A stretch of DNA of 64,000 bases from Saccostrea cucullata. Taxonomy: Eukaryota. The notes beneath the pieces are model-generated. The model made no database searches, was not told the origin of the DNA, and saw only the letters and a program-made list of their open reading frames with translations. The DNA is taken from the NCBI RefSeq assembly GCF_032062105.1, contig NW_026924048.1, forward strand, positions 1 through 64,000, given 5' to 3'. A program made the position numbers and the translations under genes. Positions 47,120 through 61,071 of the stretch are shown piece by piece. Each line of letters starts with the position of its first letter. The first letter of the stretch is position 1.

Positions 47120-48860
47120 ATATAAATGTACGTGAACATTTTTTTCTGATCGATAACCCAAATAAGATTGTAATTTTATTGAGACTAGTAAAGCCTTGAT
47201 GAACCCCATCATCGATTTTTTTTTTTCACTTTTCAATGCCTGTAACAAACATCAAGCCAAACAAAATCAATTTCTTGTTGTAAATTTATCTCTCAATGTT
47301 TTTTTTAAAAATAATTAATATAAAAATTCCAATTAATTCAAATGGTTAGTACACAGCTTTTATTAAGGGGTTGTAATCTGAAATGCAATTGTGTAATGAT
47401 TAGAAGAAAAAAAATAGATAAAACTTTTTTTTTAAAGAAAAAGACGCAATTGGTTAGGATCGATAGACGTATATTATTTACTTAATATACTTTTAAAACG
47501 GTGTTCATTAAACACAAATTATTATTTCTATCAAAAAAGGACCAATATAGGTGATTATAGCTGTGTGTTAGGCAATTTGGCTACGGTAATTACAGTAACA
47601 GTATAATCGAGCACACAGCCACAGGCGATAACGGGTACTTTGATAATTCACAGATGTCATTAATAGCTCTATGGGAGTATGATTATTTTGAAATATATAA
47701 AACGTTTGGCTAAAATTATTTAAAATGTTTGTTTTTTTTTCATTTAAGGTAGATTCTATGTCAGTAAAGTCTTTGTCACAAAATTCTTAAACTTTTCCAT
47801 TTGATAAATTAGCACGTGCTTATCAATCAATCAAAAGCTAATGGCAGGTTTACTTCTTATTAAATGGAGTGTCGCCTGTGAAACTTGGAATTGTTATTAT
47901 ATACTGCAACTAGTCATTTTCGGTCATTTTAGGAATACTTATTAAGAGAATGTAAAAAAATCACAAAAATATTTCTTCAAACAGTTTTTAGACTTAATTA
48001 AATGAACAACATTAAGTAATGTTACCCAAGAAAAAGTCTTTCCTTATTTATTTGACATAAAAGATGCCCAAGTAGAAGTCTACATTTCGTCCTAAGATAC
48101 ACATGTATTGTTAATATTCTAATATATTGCTTTCACCTCTATGTTGTTGAATAACAACCAAAGAGATACTTATAAATTGTTAAACTAGGAGACCCTTATG
48201 AAAAATATAGGACAAACAGGAGCCAAATTAGCCGACCGTGTTCGCATACATGAGCAACAGATAAAGGACCCGACCATACGAAATACGCCATGTAGTGAGC
48301 GATTCGGATACTGTGGCAAAGGGAATCTTAAGTTTATATATTTTCTTTTTACAAAGTAAAAGAGAAAAAAAAAACAGTTTCCTAAAAATCTGTTTAAACC
48401 AAAACTAAACTGCTAAAAAAAATTATGCATGTATCACATTATTTCATTATGTACATTTTACATATTTAGAATGTCTCAATTACAGTACATAAATAATAGG
48501 TGATAAACTTCTATCAGATGAACTGTAAATCTCTATCTCTGAGCCTTATTCAGTTGTGATTATATAACGTCACAATGCATATTTTGTTAAATGTCTAAAT
48601 AACGCCCACATAACGTCACGAATGACGACATTCTGTAACTTATTATTAAGAAATTAGATATCATTATTCCCTAATTATAAGGATACTTTTATAACTTATA
48701 TTTACGTATGGGATTGATTTATTACAAGTAGTACGGTACTTGTGACGTCATATTTTATCAATGTGTTTAACTCATTCAGTTTTGAAAAAAAATCTTTTAT
48801 GGATAAAAAACTTAAGTAGTAAAATATTTAAGTTTTTAATCCATAAAAGATTTTTTTGCA
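47120..48860 (+). repeat. Duplicated segment, copy 1 (continues 28527-28955 across the insertion); paralogue at ~55127-57130
   Basis: Colinear, diverged match, e.g. TAATTTTATTGAGACTAGTAAAGCC and TAGGCAATTTGGCTACGGTAATTACAGTAACA in both copies. Confidence 0.9.
48201..48330 (+). pseudogene. Penelope-like GIY-YIG endonuclease remnant
   Basis: NIGQTGAKLADRVRIHEQQIKDPTIRNTPCSERFGYCGKGN (YIG-x-T...R..H pattern). Confidence 0.75.
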
Positions 48861-49218
48861 AACATTTGCAAATATAAATATATAATTTTAAATGTACTGA
48901 TAAATCCGCATGGGGCGCAGGCGCTAAAGATAAAAATTTTATTTGTCGTTTAAATTTGTAAATATTTATATAGGTCCTGAGATTTCATTTCATAGAAAAA
49001 TAGTTGAAAAGAGATGTGTTTGTGAAATAGTGATTCCCAGGAAAAGGTGCTCATGACATGACAAAGTTTAAAGGTACTTGGACACAGATTTGAAGTCAAT
49101 ATTTTCTCTATAATATTATGACTTATATATTTCAATAGCATTTCACACAAAAATTAATTAAAAATCTTATTTCATTTAAAAGTTATTAAAACTTCAAATT
49201 TTTTGGCGGGTTTGATTG

Positions 49219-49660
49219 ACACATCCTTGCACTTTCACAAATTTTAACCTTATCCTTAATCCTTAGGAAAAGTGGCAATCTTGTTGTGTATTGATGAAAA
49301 GTATTAAAATATTTATCCCGAAAAATAATTTTATTCAGAGTAGAAATGTTAGAAAGCAAAACTCCTTCACAAGTATCGTCAATCCGAACTAAGAGTTGCG
49401 TACAGAGTTTAGCAAATCGGGCACACTCGTGTTATGAACACAGTTTTTGTAAACAGGAAACAAGTTCTGTTATTGTTTATGTTTACAATTCACCGGGTGC
49501 GTTCAATTGTCACAGTCTGCTTACCACAACTGCACGGACTGACAATATACTGTGTGTTTGTTTTGCTTTCGAATATGTCAACTCTGAATTTTCTGGATTA
49601 TAGTATTAAGAGTCATTCTCTGTAAAAACCAAAGAATCCAAGGAGGCCGTAAAAACGAAT
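49219..49660. repeat. Inverted repeat partner of ~54990-55123, carrying an extra ~300-bp TTAA-flanked insert (~49308-49604)
   Basis: CACATCCTTGCACTTTCACAAATTTTAACCTTAT..AAAAGTGGCAATCTTG and TATTAAGAGTCATTCTCTGTAA are contiguous in reverse complement at 55019-55123. Confidence 0.85.
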
Positions 49661-52339
49661 GTCTCCGAAATACGTAATTTTTTGTATTTAGAGTGTACTC
49701 AGGTGTCTAACTGAGAAAACCACCTTAGTTCATGTTTCAGGGTGTCCGTTGCCATGGCAACCGTAACTAACACAAATATGGCCATTTTGACAGGTTCTAT
49801 TTCATGAAATATAGCATTTTTAACCTCAATATTTCCTTTAAACACGAAAAATATGACCACTTTCAATTATATAATTTATTCAATGCATTCTTATATAATT
49901 AAAATAATTAAGAATTAAATCTTTTGCCTGAGGCGTTTCAAGCTGATAGAAGGCTAAAAATATCAAATTTCATGATTTTTTCAAACTGCAGAAAAATCCA
50001 TTTTACCCTCTATTTCAATTACATTTATCTTTAAATTCCAAGATAGGTTTTTTAAACTTCTTGTTTATTCCAAATATCTATACTATAGTCTTTCATTTCA
50101 TATAGATTCCAAACATGTGTTTTTCAGATAACTCGGGAAATATCAAAATGAAAATAACCCATAATACCGAATTTCCTCAGATATGGATTGGAAAACTGCG
50201 TTATACATTGTATATGGTATATTTTGTAGGGTTTTTTTTTTCTCTTTTAAGGTCATTTTTAATGTAAAACAACCTTAACAGAGAATTAAATGATAAAAAT
50301 GAATGAAAATTATCATTTTAGGGGCGGATAGCAACATAGCAGTGGTTAACAGGGCTCATGGGATTTTTTTTTTTCATTTCATGTTTTTATCGGTTCAAAA
50401 TCACTTTTGTGGCTAAATTTTAACAATACTGACGTGTATATTAATCATGCTACTAATCAATTCTTTAAATGAAATGTATATATATTGAAGATATAAAAGT
50501 AATACACAGATATTTCATTTTACCCCCCCCCCCCTTTTTTTTTAATGAGGAAAAGGCTGGGGATTAATGACACCCGTTCTATGACTCAAATTTTATCTTC
50601 TTCAGCTATTAAACGTATTTGTTACAAATTTGGCTGAAAAGAAAGAGTCGATGAAAAGTTAATTTATTGACTCTATCACAATGTAAGGCTAAGGCTAAGG
50701 TCAAAACTTCAAAGTTAACTGAAGAATATATACATGTAGTATAATTGCTTCTCCACATTTTCAGGAATTGACTGGATGACCTTAAGTCAGGATTTCTGAT
50801 TACAGAAACAGAATGCTATAAAGTACAACATGTTTAATCCAAAATGGTTTAAATGGACTAAATAAACAATTGATAAATGAAAATAAATCTGAAAATTAAA
50901 AGATTATTATTTATTTTTTTTTTTTTCAAAGGAAATATAAAAGATTATGGTGTGCAGAGAAAGTTCGGGCTAATTATTTTTTTAAAATAACTTTTCAATT
51001 ATCAATTTATATTAAAGCTCACACATTGTTTCATATACTTGTAATTGATTGATACACAATGAAGAATTTCAAAAATATGTATGTATATTGTTGAACACAA
51101 ACCATTCACAGCAACTTATCTAAATAATTTGATTACTGAGCTCATAAAATTATAATACCAGCAGAATAAGGACAACTAAAGTAAAATAAGGCCATACATG
51201 TAAGTAATAAGAGTTCCTGTCATTCAGATTTTCAACTTGATTGCAGGCTCGTAAGAGGCAATTTCGGTTGGAAGAGGGGGGGGGGGCACAACCATACATT
51301 CACAGTGAAAACTACCAAAAATTTCTAGAAAGCAAAATAAGGACAAAAGATCATTAGACGTATTTTCTGAGGGGGCACAAGCATAGAGTAGCTATGTTTA
51401 TTATTGGCAAAATATTAGGGGGGAGGCAAAGTTTGGTCATATTGTGAAAAATAATTATATATTTTCTATGAAATACCCAAGAGCCATTAGCAGGAATAGT
51501 AGGGCAATGACATACTTAAGTGAATAATTACATAGATGTACAATAGGTGGTTTTTCACTTTTATCAGTTAATATTTTTGTCATCCAAGTGAACGTTATCC
51601 TTAAGTCTTGAAAATAGTAATAGACACTTTTGACATAGATTTCTTTAATTTTTTTGTCAATTTTATAAAAATTCAATAATTGTAACAAAGGATGGAATTA
51701 TCATTTTACATGCAATGAGACTACTGTTTATACACTTTTTATCTTTTATTTAAGAATGTACATTATTAAATTTTTTTTTAATTATTTGAAGCATATTCAT
51801 AGTACATGTAGTGCATAGTGGACCCATGTTAATATGCATGAATAACTTCAGGATAAGTGGTCAAAACTTCCCTCAGGTATAATACTAGGCAAGACTAGGA
51901 TTTTCTTCAGATACTGTAAGACTTCACTATTTCTTTGAAGTTCTTTGGGAGAATAACAGCAATGTTTGTCATTATATTGTTGTAGTATAATTTAGCAGAC
52001 TTAGTGAAGGTGTCCCGACGGTATCTCCCATTCTCTGAAAACTCTCACTAATTTTCATCAGATACTCATTCATTTGCTGAATGTCATGACTGGTCATGAC
52101 TAAATGTAAAACTCTGGCTTCTTGAGTTCTGTAATAGACAATACAAGTATTTATATTTACCAGGTAGATAATACAAGACTTAAGTTAACCAGAAATCTCT
52201 GTCAAGACTGTAGCTCTACTGGTTTGTACTTATAATAAAGAAAGAGAAAACTAGCAGTTGGGACATTTACAAAAGCAATCAATAGAATAATGACAAAAAC
52301 AGATACATAGAATTATTTATCTTAGTGTAGTTTACTTGT

Positions 52340-52492
52340 GTGCCAAGTTATATTTAAATCAGACCAAAACTGTAGGAGGAGTAGCATTTTGAAAAACTGT
52401 TTACAGACGGACAGACATACAGACAGCTAAACAGACGATGGACACATTACTATCGCATAAGCTCTTCTGGTCTTTGACCAGTAGAGCTAAAA
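52340..52492 (+). mobile_element. Helentron/HINE-like end
   Basis: ACAG/ACGG microsatellite, then hairpin AGCTCTTCTGGTCTTTGACCAGTAGAGCT and AAAAA. Confidence 0.65.
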
Positions 52493-55126
52493 ATGATTAT
52501 AGGTACCAATTGGATCATGAAAACAGTTACACTTGTACATGTAATAGGTCATACATCCTCTCTAAACCAGTGTAAAATGATTTTTGGACTTTGCGAAAAT
52601 TATATTGAATAAAGATGTAAATAATAAGCTTCTCTATTTCATTTTCAATACATGATACATGGCATTTAACCCCAGGAAAAAAATGTTCAAACACAGTATC
52701 AGTAGAAATAATTGCTATTTACTTCTATGGAGAAGATACATGTAAACAACATGTTTATAATTTAGAATTTAAACTATCTTGCCCTTTTAAAATGTTAAGA
52801 ATACTTGATTTGATTATAAACTGAGTAATATAGTGTAAATGTATATTTATTGGCATTTAAATCTAATGGCAGATAAATAGAACAGAATCGTAACTCTTTA
52901 GTGTTCAGTGTAGAGAGGTTTCTTAAGGAAAGTGGTAGAAACTCTTGTCAAAATTTTTGAAAATAACAACTTGGGTCATGTTTTAATGAATAAAATGAAT
53001 AAGTTTTACAGTGTAGTTTTTTTTTAATTTCTTATTCAAAGTTGCACAAAAATTGAATTTCAAGTAAAAAACATTTGTATAGAATAATTAGGATGATTTC
53101 AGATGGGTAGAAATTGGAACATCACAGAACGTTTACATGCCTTGAAAAGTGGGTCAATAATAGTAGTTAATGTATATATGGAACATGAAAGCTGTATCCT
53201 CTATCCTTCAAAATTTATTACCAATGTCTAATTTCTTGAAAGATATAGAAGTCAAGGCTATTGGGTCAAAATTATAGTACATGGACACTATACCTCTTTA
53301 TAATTTGGTTTTAATACGATGTTGAAGGCTCCATGAATGATCTAAATATCTTCCCCTTCCTTGTGATGCCCCTCACTTGATCACACAGCAGCATGCTACA
53401 ATAAATTGTATATTTTCATAAAAATAATTCAATTTCTTACAGGTACTAATTAAAGCACAATTATATAAAAATGAGTTGTTAATTTTTTTTTTGACATTCA
53501 CCACATATTTAACGGTACTTTTTATTTAGTTTTTTATGTTGACAGGTCTAAAATAAATAACTGTGTACAATAATTCAAATTGGAGAAACTTTTTAATTAA
53601 TATCTTGTTAAACTTTAAATGCATACATCATTATAGAGTGTTCAAGATGAACAAGGAAAATGAAATTTACAAGGTCAAGTCCAAAGATTATTTCTTATTC
53701 TTACATAGCTATTAATAGCTACAATGTACATGTATGTAGGTTAAAGCTACCCAAAATAGCTATTTTACCCACTTCTAAGACCTACACATGTAGATAGAAA
53801 TGCTTTAGTTAGTTTAGTATAGTCTTTGGACTGTACCTTTTTACATTCATTTCAATTTAATTCTTTTTCAATAATTTCATCTACTCATAACTCTACGAAC
53901 AAATTTTTATTATATTGTGCATCAGAAATTGTAGTTCCTTACGTGTACATGCATGGTGTATAACACTGGTAGCGTTGCACCAGCTTGACCAATCAAATGA
54001 CCTGCTTTCAAATTTTCACATGTTCTGTTTGGAGGGGAATTCTTGGTCCATCTCCTCTGGTGTTTTCAATATGCAGGTGTGAACTTAGAAGATTTGGAAT
54101 TTGACAAAACTTCCTTCTTCACCTCTTTGTATTTTATTTTGAATAAAATTTAAAATAACGTCCACATTCGATAGTCATTCACTGTATTAACAGTATTTAC
54201 TAAATAATTAGCAAGTGTAACACATGGCATACGGCCTACTTTAGACAATACATGGCCATTGCTAAAACTCACGAGTTGTTGAATGTCTTCAGAATAAATA
54301 ATATCACATCTGCCAAGGAAGCTATACTGTATAATCTAAGCAGTTTTGTATAAAAATATCAGTAAAACACATCGTTTGTGAAAAGGAACTCCAAACCGGC
54401 AAAACGTCATGCTTACAAATACTTTTGTTTTTACCTTCCTTCACTGTCGGAACTAGAGAGTTCTACAAAGGGAGATAATATTTTTGTGAAATGCTAGTTT
54501 TTTAAAATTTTCAAATGCATTTTATTTTTTTAAAGCAAAAAACACACGTCCAGAATAATTATGAATAAATAATCAAGTATGTTTGCTTTCAAAATATTGT
54601 TATATTTTATAAACCTATCTTGGGATTTTTTATAAAATGGCACTGAAAGTATGGTTATTTAGCGTGTTGGTTAAGGGTTAAAAATAGGAGGAAATTAAAT
54701 TTCTTTTAAAAAAAAAGGGGAGTTAGTGATGAAGCAAAATAATTTTTTATCTTTACTTCACACCTTGTTTTCACAATTTAATGCACTTAATCTAACCATA
54801 GTGCATTACTTATTTTGAATTTTTTATGTCAAAGTAGGATAAAACTTACCTTTTCAAACATGGGGGTAGCCACATAATGTGTTAGGGGGCCATAACCTGG
54901 AGGATAGGTCACATCTCAAAATTTTAAATATACCTAATTGATCTCATACACATTCATAATTTTTTCATATATGTTTTATTAAAATCTGTGGTATTCGTTT
55001 GAACGGCATCTGTGGTCCTTACAGAGAATGACTCTTAATATTTTTCATTTATACAAAACAAGATTGCCACTTTTCCTAAGGATTAAGAATAAGGTTAAAA
55101 TTTGTGAAAGTGCAAGGATGTGTGGG

Positions 55127-57130
55127 GTATGCCCCTTATGCAAATTATCCAACGTTTCCCACTATTGTTGCTGCGATTCCCTAAATATAGCACTAAAAAC
55201 CAACAACACTGTATATCCTAAAAAAGATGTACTAAGTAGATGCAAGGTTTTAGATCATGGATGGACATTTATATAAAGCACTAAAAATGACCCATGACAT
55301 GACTATAAATTGTCGAATGTTCGGAACGACCTGTCCATATCCCTAGGACAAAGAAAAAAGTTTAGAAGTCATACAAACAAAGGAAAAAAGTAGAGAAAAC
55401 AACAAGCATAACTACTAACACTAAATATTTGCAGTGTGAAATGTTGAATTTGAAGTTTCTGATCAGACTCGCAGAAAAAGAAATCCAGAGCGCTGGAAAA
55501 TGCGCCCCTTCTGTCAGGTGTACTCTGGCGAAGTCATATATACATATACATGGATATTTTTTTCTGATCGAGTACCCAAATAAGACTGTAATTTTATTGA
55601 GACTAGTAAAGCCCTGATGAACCCCATCATTGATTTTTTTTAATCACTTTTTAATGCTGTAACAAATATCAAGCCAAACGAAATTATTTTCTTGTTGTTC
55701 ATTTATCTATCAATGTCTTTTTTTTTAAATTAATTAAAGTATTCCAATTAATTCAAATGGTAAGTACACAGCTCTTATTAAGGGGGGTTGTAATCAGTAA
55801 TGCAATTTTGTAACTATTAGAGAAAAAAAATAGAAAAAAACTATTTTTTTAAAGAAAAAGACGCAATTTGTCAGGATCGACAGACGTATATTATTTACTT
55901 GATATACCGTTAAAACGGTGTTCATTAAAAACAAAGTATTATTTCTATCAAAAAAGGACCAAGATAGGTGATTACAGCTGTGTGTTAGGCAATTTGGCTA
56001 CGGTAATTACAGTAACAATATAATCGAGCACACAGCCAATGGCGATAACGGGTACTTTGATAATTTACAGATGTCATTAATAGCTGTATGGGATTATGGT
56101 TATTGAAATAAAGAAAAGGTTTGGCTAAAATTATGTAAAAGTTTTGTTTTTTCATTTAAGGTAGATTCTGTGTCAGTAAAGTCTTTGTCACAACATTCTT
56201 AAAGTTTTCCATTTGATAAATTAGCATCTGCTTATCAATCAGTCAAAAGCTCATGGCATGTTTACTTGTTATTAAATGGAGTGTAGCCTGTGAAACTTGG
56301 AATTGTTATGATATACTGCGACTACACATTTTCGTTCATTTTAGGAGTACTTATTAAGAGAATGTAAACAATCACAAAAATATTTCTTCAAACAGTTTTT
56401 AGACTTAATTAACTGAACAGCATTAATTACCCAAGAAAAAGTCTTTTCTTATTTAATTCACATAAAAGATTTCCATATAAAAGTCCACATTTCGTCCTAA
56501 GATATGCATTTATTGTTAATATTCTAATATATTGCTTTGACCTCTATGATATTGAATAACAACCAAAGAAAAACTTATAAATTGTTAACTAGGAGACCCT
56601 AGTAAAAATATTGCACACAGGAGCCAAATTAACGGACCGTGTTCGCATACATGAGCAACAGATAAAGGACCCGACCATACGAAACACGCTATGTAGTGAG
56701 CACTTCGAATCCTGTGGCAAAGGGAATTTTCATTTATTTTCTTATTCAAAGTAATTTAAGAAAAGGAATAATTTTTCAAAACGTAACTGTTGAAATAAGT
56801 TTATATCGAATTATTTTATTATGTACAATTTACATAGACTGTCTCCATTACAGTACGTAAATAAAAGGCGATAAAATTTTATCAGATGAACTGTAAATCT
56901 TTAATTTATCTCTGCGCCTTTTTCAATTTTGATTATTATAACGTCACAAGCATATTTTGTTTAATGTCATAATAACACCTATATAAAGTCACGAGAATGA
57001 CGGCATTATGTAATTTGTATTAAAGAAATAAGGTATCATCATACTTATTATTACTTATATTTACTTTGGGACTGATTTATTACAAATAGTAATTATAAGT
57101 TACTAAAGTTTTTTATCCATGAAAAAAATA
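55127..57130 (+). repeat. Duplicated segment, copy 2 (lacks the 18.2-kb insertion)
   Basis: 55127-55536 matches 28527-28955, then continues directly into the match with 47120 onward. Confidence 0.9.
56615..56740 (+). pseudogene. Penelope-like GIY-YIG endonuclease remnant, copy 2
   Basis: TGAKLTDRVRIHEQQIKDPTIRNTLCSEHFESCGKGNFHLF. Confidence 0.75.
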
Positions 57131-57635
57131 TTTTTTTAACAGAAAGCAAAGGTATAAATTGAATATGTTGAACTAATTCCCGGTCGAAGGTGCTTATGAC
57201 AATGGTTAATGTTTCTGAATTACATTTAAAAAGGTTATCAAGGTTAAGCTGCAATAAAAGAAAATATTTTCAAACAGAGAAATGACTTTTATGTCTCAAT
57301 ACATACGTCTGCATCTGGTACTTAGACATCAAACATTTTAAAGCAATTGACAAGGGTAATAGTTTTAAAAGATTCGGGCCAAATACTCAGATATATTAGT
57401 ACTTATATACTGATTGTAAACACAAGTACTGTGAAGTTGACAGTTGTAGTGGGATAAAAAGGTACCACAGAGTCTATCGCATCTGTTTTATATTTGGATA
57501 TTTTACTTTAAAAGGACGTTAATGGTAATCTAACAACCAAGCTCTATGATAAACGTGTTGACTTTAACTTTCCTATCGTGAACTTCCTTTACTTATGCAG
57601 CAATATACATTCATCACCTGCATGCGGAGTTTATA

Positions 57636-59317
57636 CGAGGGTTGTCCGGTAAAATTGTGGACAATATGTCTAGTTTGAAAAATAATCATCACTGTGTTCT
57701 GAAATTTTCACTACTCTTTAACATATATATTAAAATATTCAGAGCAAATTTCAAATAGATATATGCATAAATAAACAAATTGTGAGATTTTACGAGGGGT
57801 GATCAAAAAGTTCTCAAACTATCTCTATATCTACGAAACCACAATTCAGATTAGAATGAAATTCGGTACACACATAGCCATACACAAGGTCTATAAATAG
57901 CATATGCTGAATAAAGTTTCTCTCCTTGTTTCTGACGTCACAATGTGAAAATGACGTCACTATTTAGGTCACTTGTGACGAAAAATGGTTGCCTCAGTCG
58001 AACTCGTTCAACAAACGACCGTACAATCTATTGTAATATCTTAGAAATCCCTCTACAGTATCATATAATAATTTGTACACAGTTTATTGAGATAAATGAT
58101 TTCCTATAAATTCAAGTAATGATTGGATTAATCGTTTTAGTGAAGGAAGGCTGATGGTTAAAAATGATACTTGTCATCTTGCCCAGTGAAAGCAAGTTTG
58201 AAAAGATATGTATTTTTAATTAAGCAATTTGCTATCAAAGACCTCCAATTAACACTTTGAAAAATAGTTGAATATTTGAACAATGATATAAGTATCAAAG
58301 ACCTAAGATATCGTTTACTTTAGATTTTAAACATATTAGATATGATAAAAAGGATGCACCCATTCTCTATCCACCTTGAATAAAGGTCTCTCCTGAGACA
58401 GAAGATTTGGTTTTTAATGGTCGCCATGCTTATTTTTGGAAAGGATGTTATTATCCACCCATTCTGTTGCCGAGATATGACCATTTCTGACAAATTAACT
58501 GTTCTTGTCATAAAAATTAACTCACATGGAAAGAAATATAAAACTCGGGAAAATCTTTTAACTTTTGTGACAGAACGCTACGGAGGGAGTCACGTGACCG
58601 CCAATATCAAGTGATTCGCGCATGATTTTGATGTGCATTAAAATCGGGGAGGATTAATTTAAAATATAATCAACATTAAAACCAAATATTGTTTTTTGTA
58701 TGGAAGTTATTCAATTAGTTTGCGAACTTTTTGATCACCCCTTGTATGTCATGTACATTGTATTTTATCGCCCTACGGCGCACGGATTATAACGTCAAAG
58801 TCTATAAAATAGCGTCATGTTACATCTTTGCTATAAATCCCACTTAAATGGAGAAATTCCATTGATTTACGTACTTGAGTCTCCAATCTGGCACAAACTT
58901 GCGATTTCTGAAGATTTATTAGCAAGTTACAGACAGTATTCTCACCATCATTCAACTAATACATGTAGAGAATCTTAGATCGACAGTCGAAAGTGACAGC
59001 GTCTTTTGATATTACAATAGCAGTTTATCTGTTTGTTTTGTACTACCTGGGGAATCAAAAAGACTTCGCTAAGAAAACTTCCATTTCCTTTGCATACTAA
59101 ATATCTGGTGATATTTTTCATATTATTTTCTTCTGTATTCATTTAAAGTCTCTTAAAGTGTAATAACAACATCCTAATCAAACTGAACTGCTCTCCAGTG
59201 CGCCGTAACGCATCAAACGCCGCCATTTTTTGTGTATTGTGTTTTTCACTTTCCTATTTTGAATGCTCGTGAAACTACCAAAAATGCTTTGTCCACGATT
59301 TTACCGGACAACCCCCG
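57636..59317. mobile_element. Non-autonomous mariner-type element
   Basis: TIRs CGAGGGTTGTCCGGTAAAATTGTGGACAA / TTGTCCACGATTTTACCGGACAACCCCCG; TA TSD; removal restores the GVY-ISQ frame. Confidence 0.9.
57793..58744 (+). mobile_element. Second mariner-type element nested inside 57636-59317
   Basis: TIRs CGAGGGGTGATCAAAAAGTTCTCAAACTA / TAGTTTGCGAACTTTTTGATCACCCCTTG; TA TSD; transposase remnant WINRFSEGRLMVKND near 58123. Confidence 0.88.
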
Positions 59318-59361
59318 TATATCTCAGCTGATTCGATACGCAAGAGCATGCTCTACGTATG

Positions 59362-59475
59362 TGTCTGTTGTCTGTCGTCGTTGTTGTCGTCGTTGTCTTA
59401 AACTTTTCACAGTTTCATCTTCTCAAGAACCATTGGTCCAATTTCAGTTAAACTTACCACAATGTATCCTTCGTT
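59362..59475 (+). mobile_element. Helentron/satellite-type fragment
   Basis: (GTC/GTT)n microsatellite followed by AACTTTTCACA..TCATCTTCTCAAGAACCATTGGTCCAATTTCA..AAACTT, resembling oyster Helitron-associated satellite monomers. Confidence 0.6.
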
Positions 59476-59549
59476 GATTCGTTACGCAGGGGTATGTTCT
59501 TTGCATGAGCAATTTCTAAAACGAGGTAAATTATTGACAAACAAGTTAA

Positions 59550-59898
59550 AGCAATATGAGCTGCATTTTTGATAATTTTATCTAGCTGTTAAAAAGTGTT
59601 GTTGTGATAATTATTCATGTAATTCAAATCTCTGATCAATTAGACCAAAATGAAGTACTAAACTGTTTCAGACGAAATACTTTCTTACAATCAAATATGT
59701 AGTACTATTAAAGATATCAATATAATGTACAGGACGGACAATAATGTAATGTTCCTTCAATCACAGGTTCTAAATAGTTCTTAAATTGCAAATATGAGTA
59801 ACAAAGATTTATAAATATTTTTTTTCTAAGTTCTTGAAATAGTGAATTACAATTTTGCACTACAAATTTCCATCATCTAAGTTGCAGCTCATAATGCT
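59550..59898. mobile_element. Kolobok-like MITE
   Basis: TIRs AGCAATATGAGCTGCA / TGCAGCTCATAATGCT; TTAA/TCAA flanks; removal restores KL-IKQE. Confidence 0.75.
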
Positions 59899-60377
59899 TC
59901 AATTAAACAAGAATTTTAACATCTCGTTTAAAGTCATCATTTCGTAAGTTCTATGGTCGATACAATGACTTTCTCAGCAAATACAATTTATCATTGAGTC
60001 AAACGCTGGCTGACGTTTTACCCACTAACTGGTAGTCCATTATTTAGACTGAATTGACGACGGATGTCCCAGTTATATCCCAATCATTACAAGGAGCACA
60101 CGGTGGGTATTGTCGGTCGGCAGGGGATGCTCCTCTAAGGCACTTGATCCCACCTCCGATGTTAATGAGGTCCATGTTTGCTCTGCTCCTGTTTTCTATT
60201 GTTTTACGGACTTCTGATCTTGAATATTATTGTTTGTTTTGAACATATTTTATACTTTAATTCATACAAAGGGATTGGTAACAAGTTCTTACAACTTAGA
60301 AAAACCTTTCCCAGTAATATGTACAATAATTAAAATTATAGTGATTGTCAAAAAAATTTATTGAAATTGTAAAGTTA

Positions 60378-61071
60378 TAATCAAAAAAAAAAAAAAAGAA
60401 AAAAGAAAGAAACGCATATTGTTTAACTCATCTAAGGAATTTTAAAAAAGTATATGGAACAACTATCTTTTTTATCATTGGATACCTGTACCTGAGTACA
60501 ACATGGGCTTTTTGATATTTTTAATATTGATGCTGCAATGCCACGCCTAAACTAAGATGAATGCAACAAGCCTCTAACAATGATACTAACTGGAGCTACG
60601 CAACAGGAAGTTGTAACTGCATTTGGTGTACATCAATGGGCTTTGCAGCTCGTTTCCACCACCTAGGAACACGGATGACAGACCAAGAACTGGCTGTCAG
60701 CGGGTTACCACACCCAGATTCAACCGCCAGATCCTCCTTCAACACCTGCGCAATCAACTCAGAACTGCTGTACAAAATGCTGAAATCAGCATAAAGTGCA
60801 CAAACTACTCGCAAGAGAATGAGAGGAGCTGGTATTCGTCACGACGTCTGTACATTGGAAATCCACTAGCGCTGAGAGGTCGCAAATGACTTATGGACTG
60901 GTTAAGACGTAGGCCTCTAGAATTTGGAGGCGAAATCAATGACAACAACTTAACTTGTCAATTAGGACATGTTTGATTTTTATGACAACACACTCTAAAA
61001 TCACTTTTAAAAATCAAGGTCTAAACTGAAAATTTGTTTTATCTGAATATGCGTTTCTTTTTTGTTGAATA
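60378..61071 (+). mobile_element. Internally deleted Tc1 element with transposase N-terminal remnant (~60538-60920)
   Basis: TIRs AAAGAAACGCATATT / AATATGCGTTTCTTT; MPRLN*...TGATQQEVVTAFGVHQ and TDDRPRTGCQRVTTPRFNRQILLQHLRNQLRTA. Confidence 0.8.

Larger units (their letters stand above)
57455..60240 (+). mobile_element. Penelope-like retroelement 3' part (end of RT plus thumb and tail), broken by four nested insertions
   Basis: TTESIASVLYLDILL*KDVNGNLTTKLYDKRVDFNFPIVNFLYLCSNIHSSPACGVY|ISQLIRYARACSTY...FLKRGKLLTNKL|IKQE..RLKSSFRKFYGRYND; same tail as 9890-9960. Confidence 0.75.

Noticed and set aside
51820-54320. Exon-like minus-strand stretches (e.g. DIQQMNEYLMKISESF)
   Set aside because: Multiple stops and frameshifts with no recognisable motif; may be a decayed transposon gene but cannot be supported.
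55612-55640. CTGATGA as a possible hammerhead ribozyme core
   Set aside because: No matching stem II plus GAAA found, and the paralogous copy reads TTGATGA.
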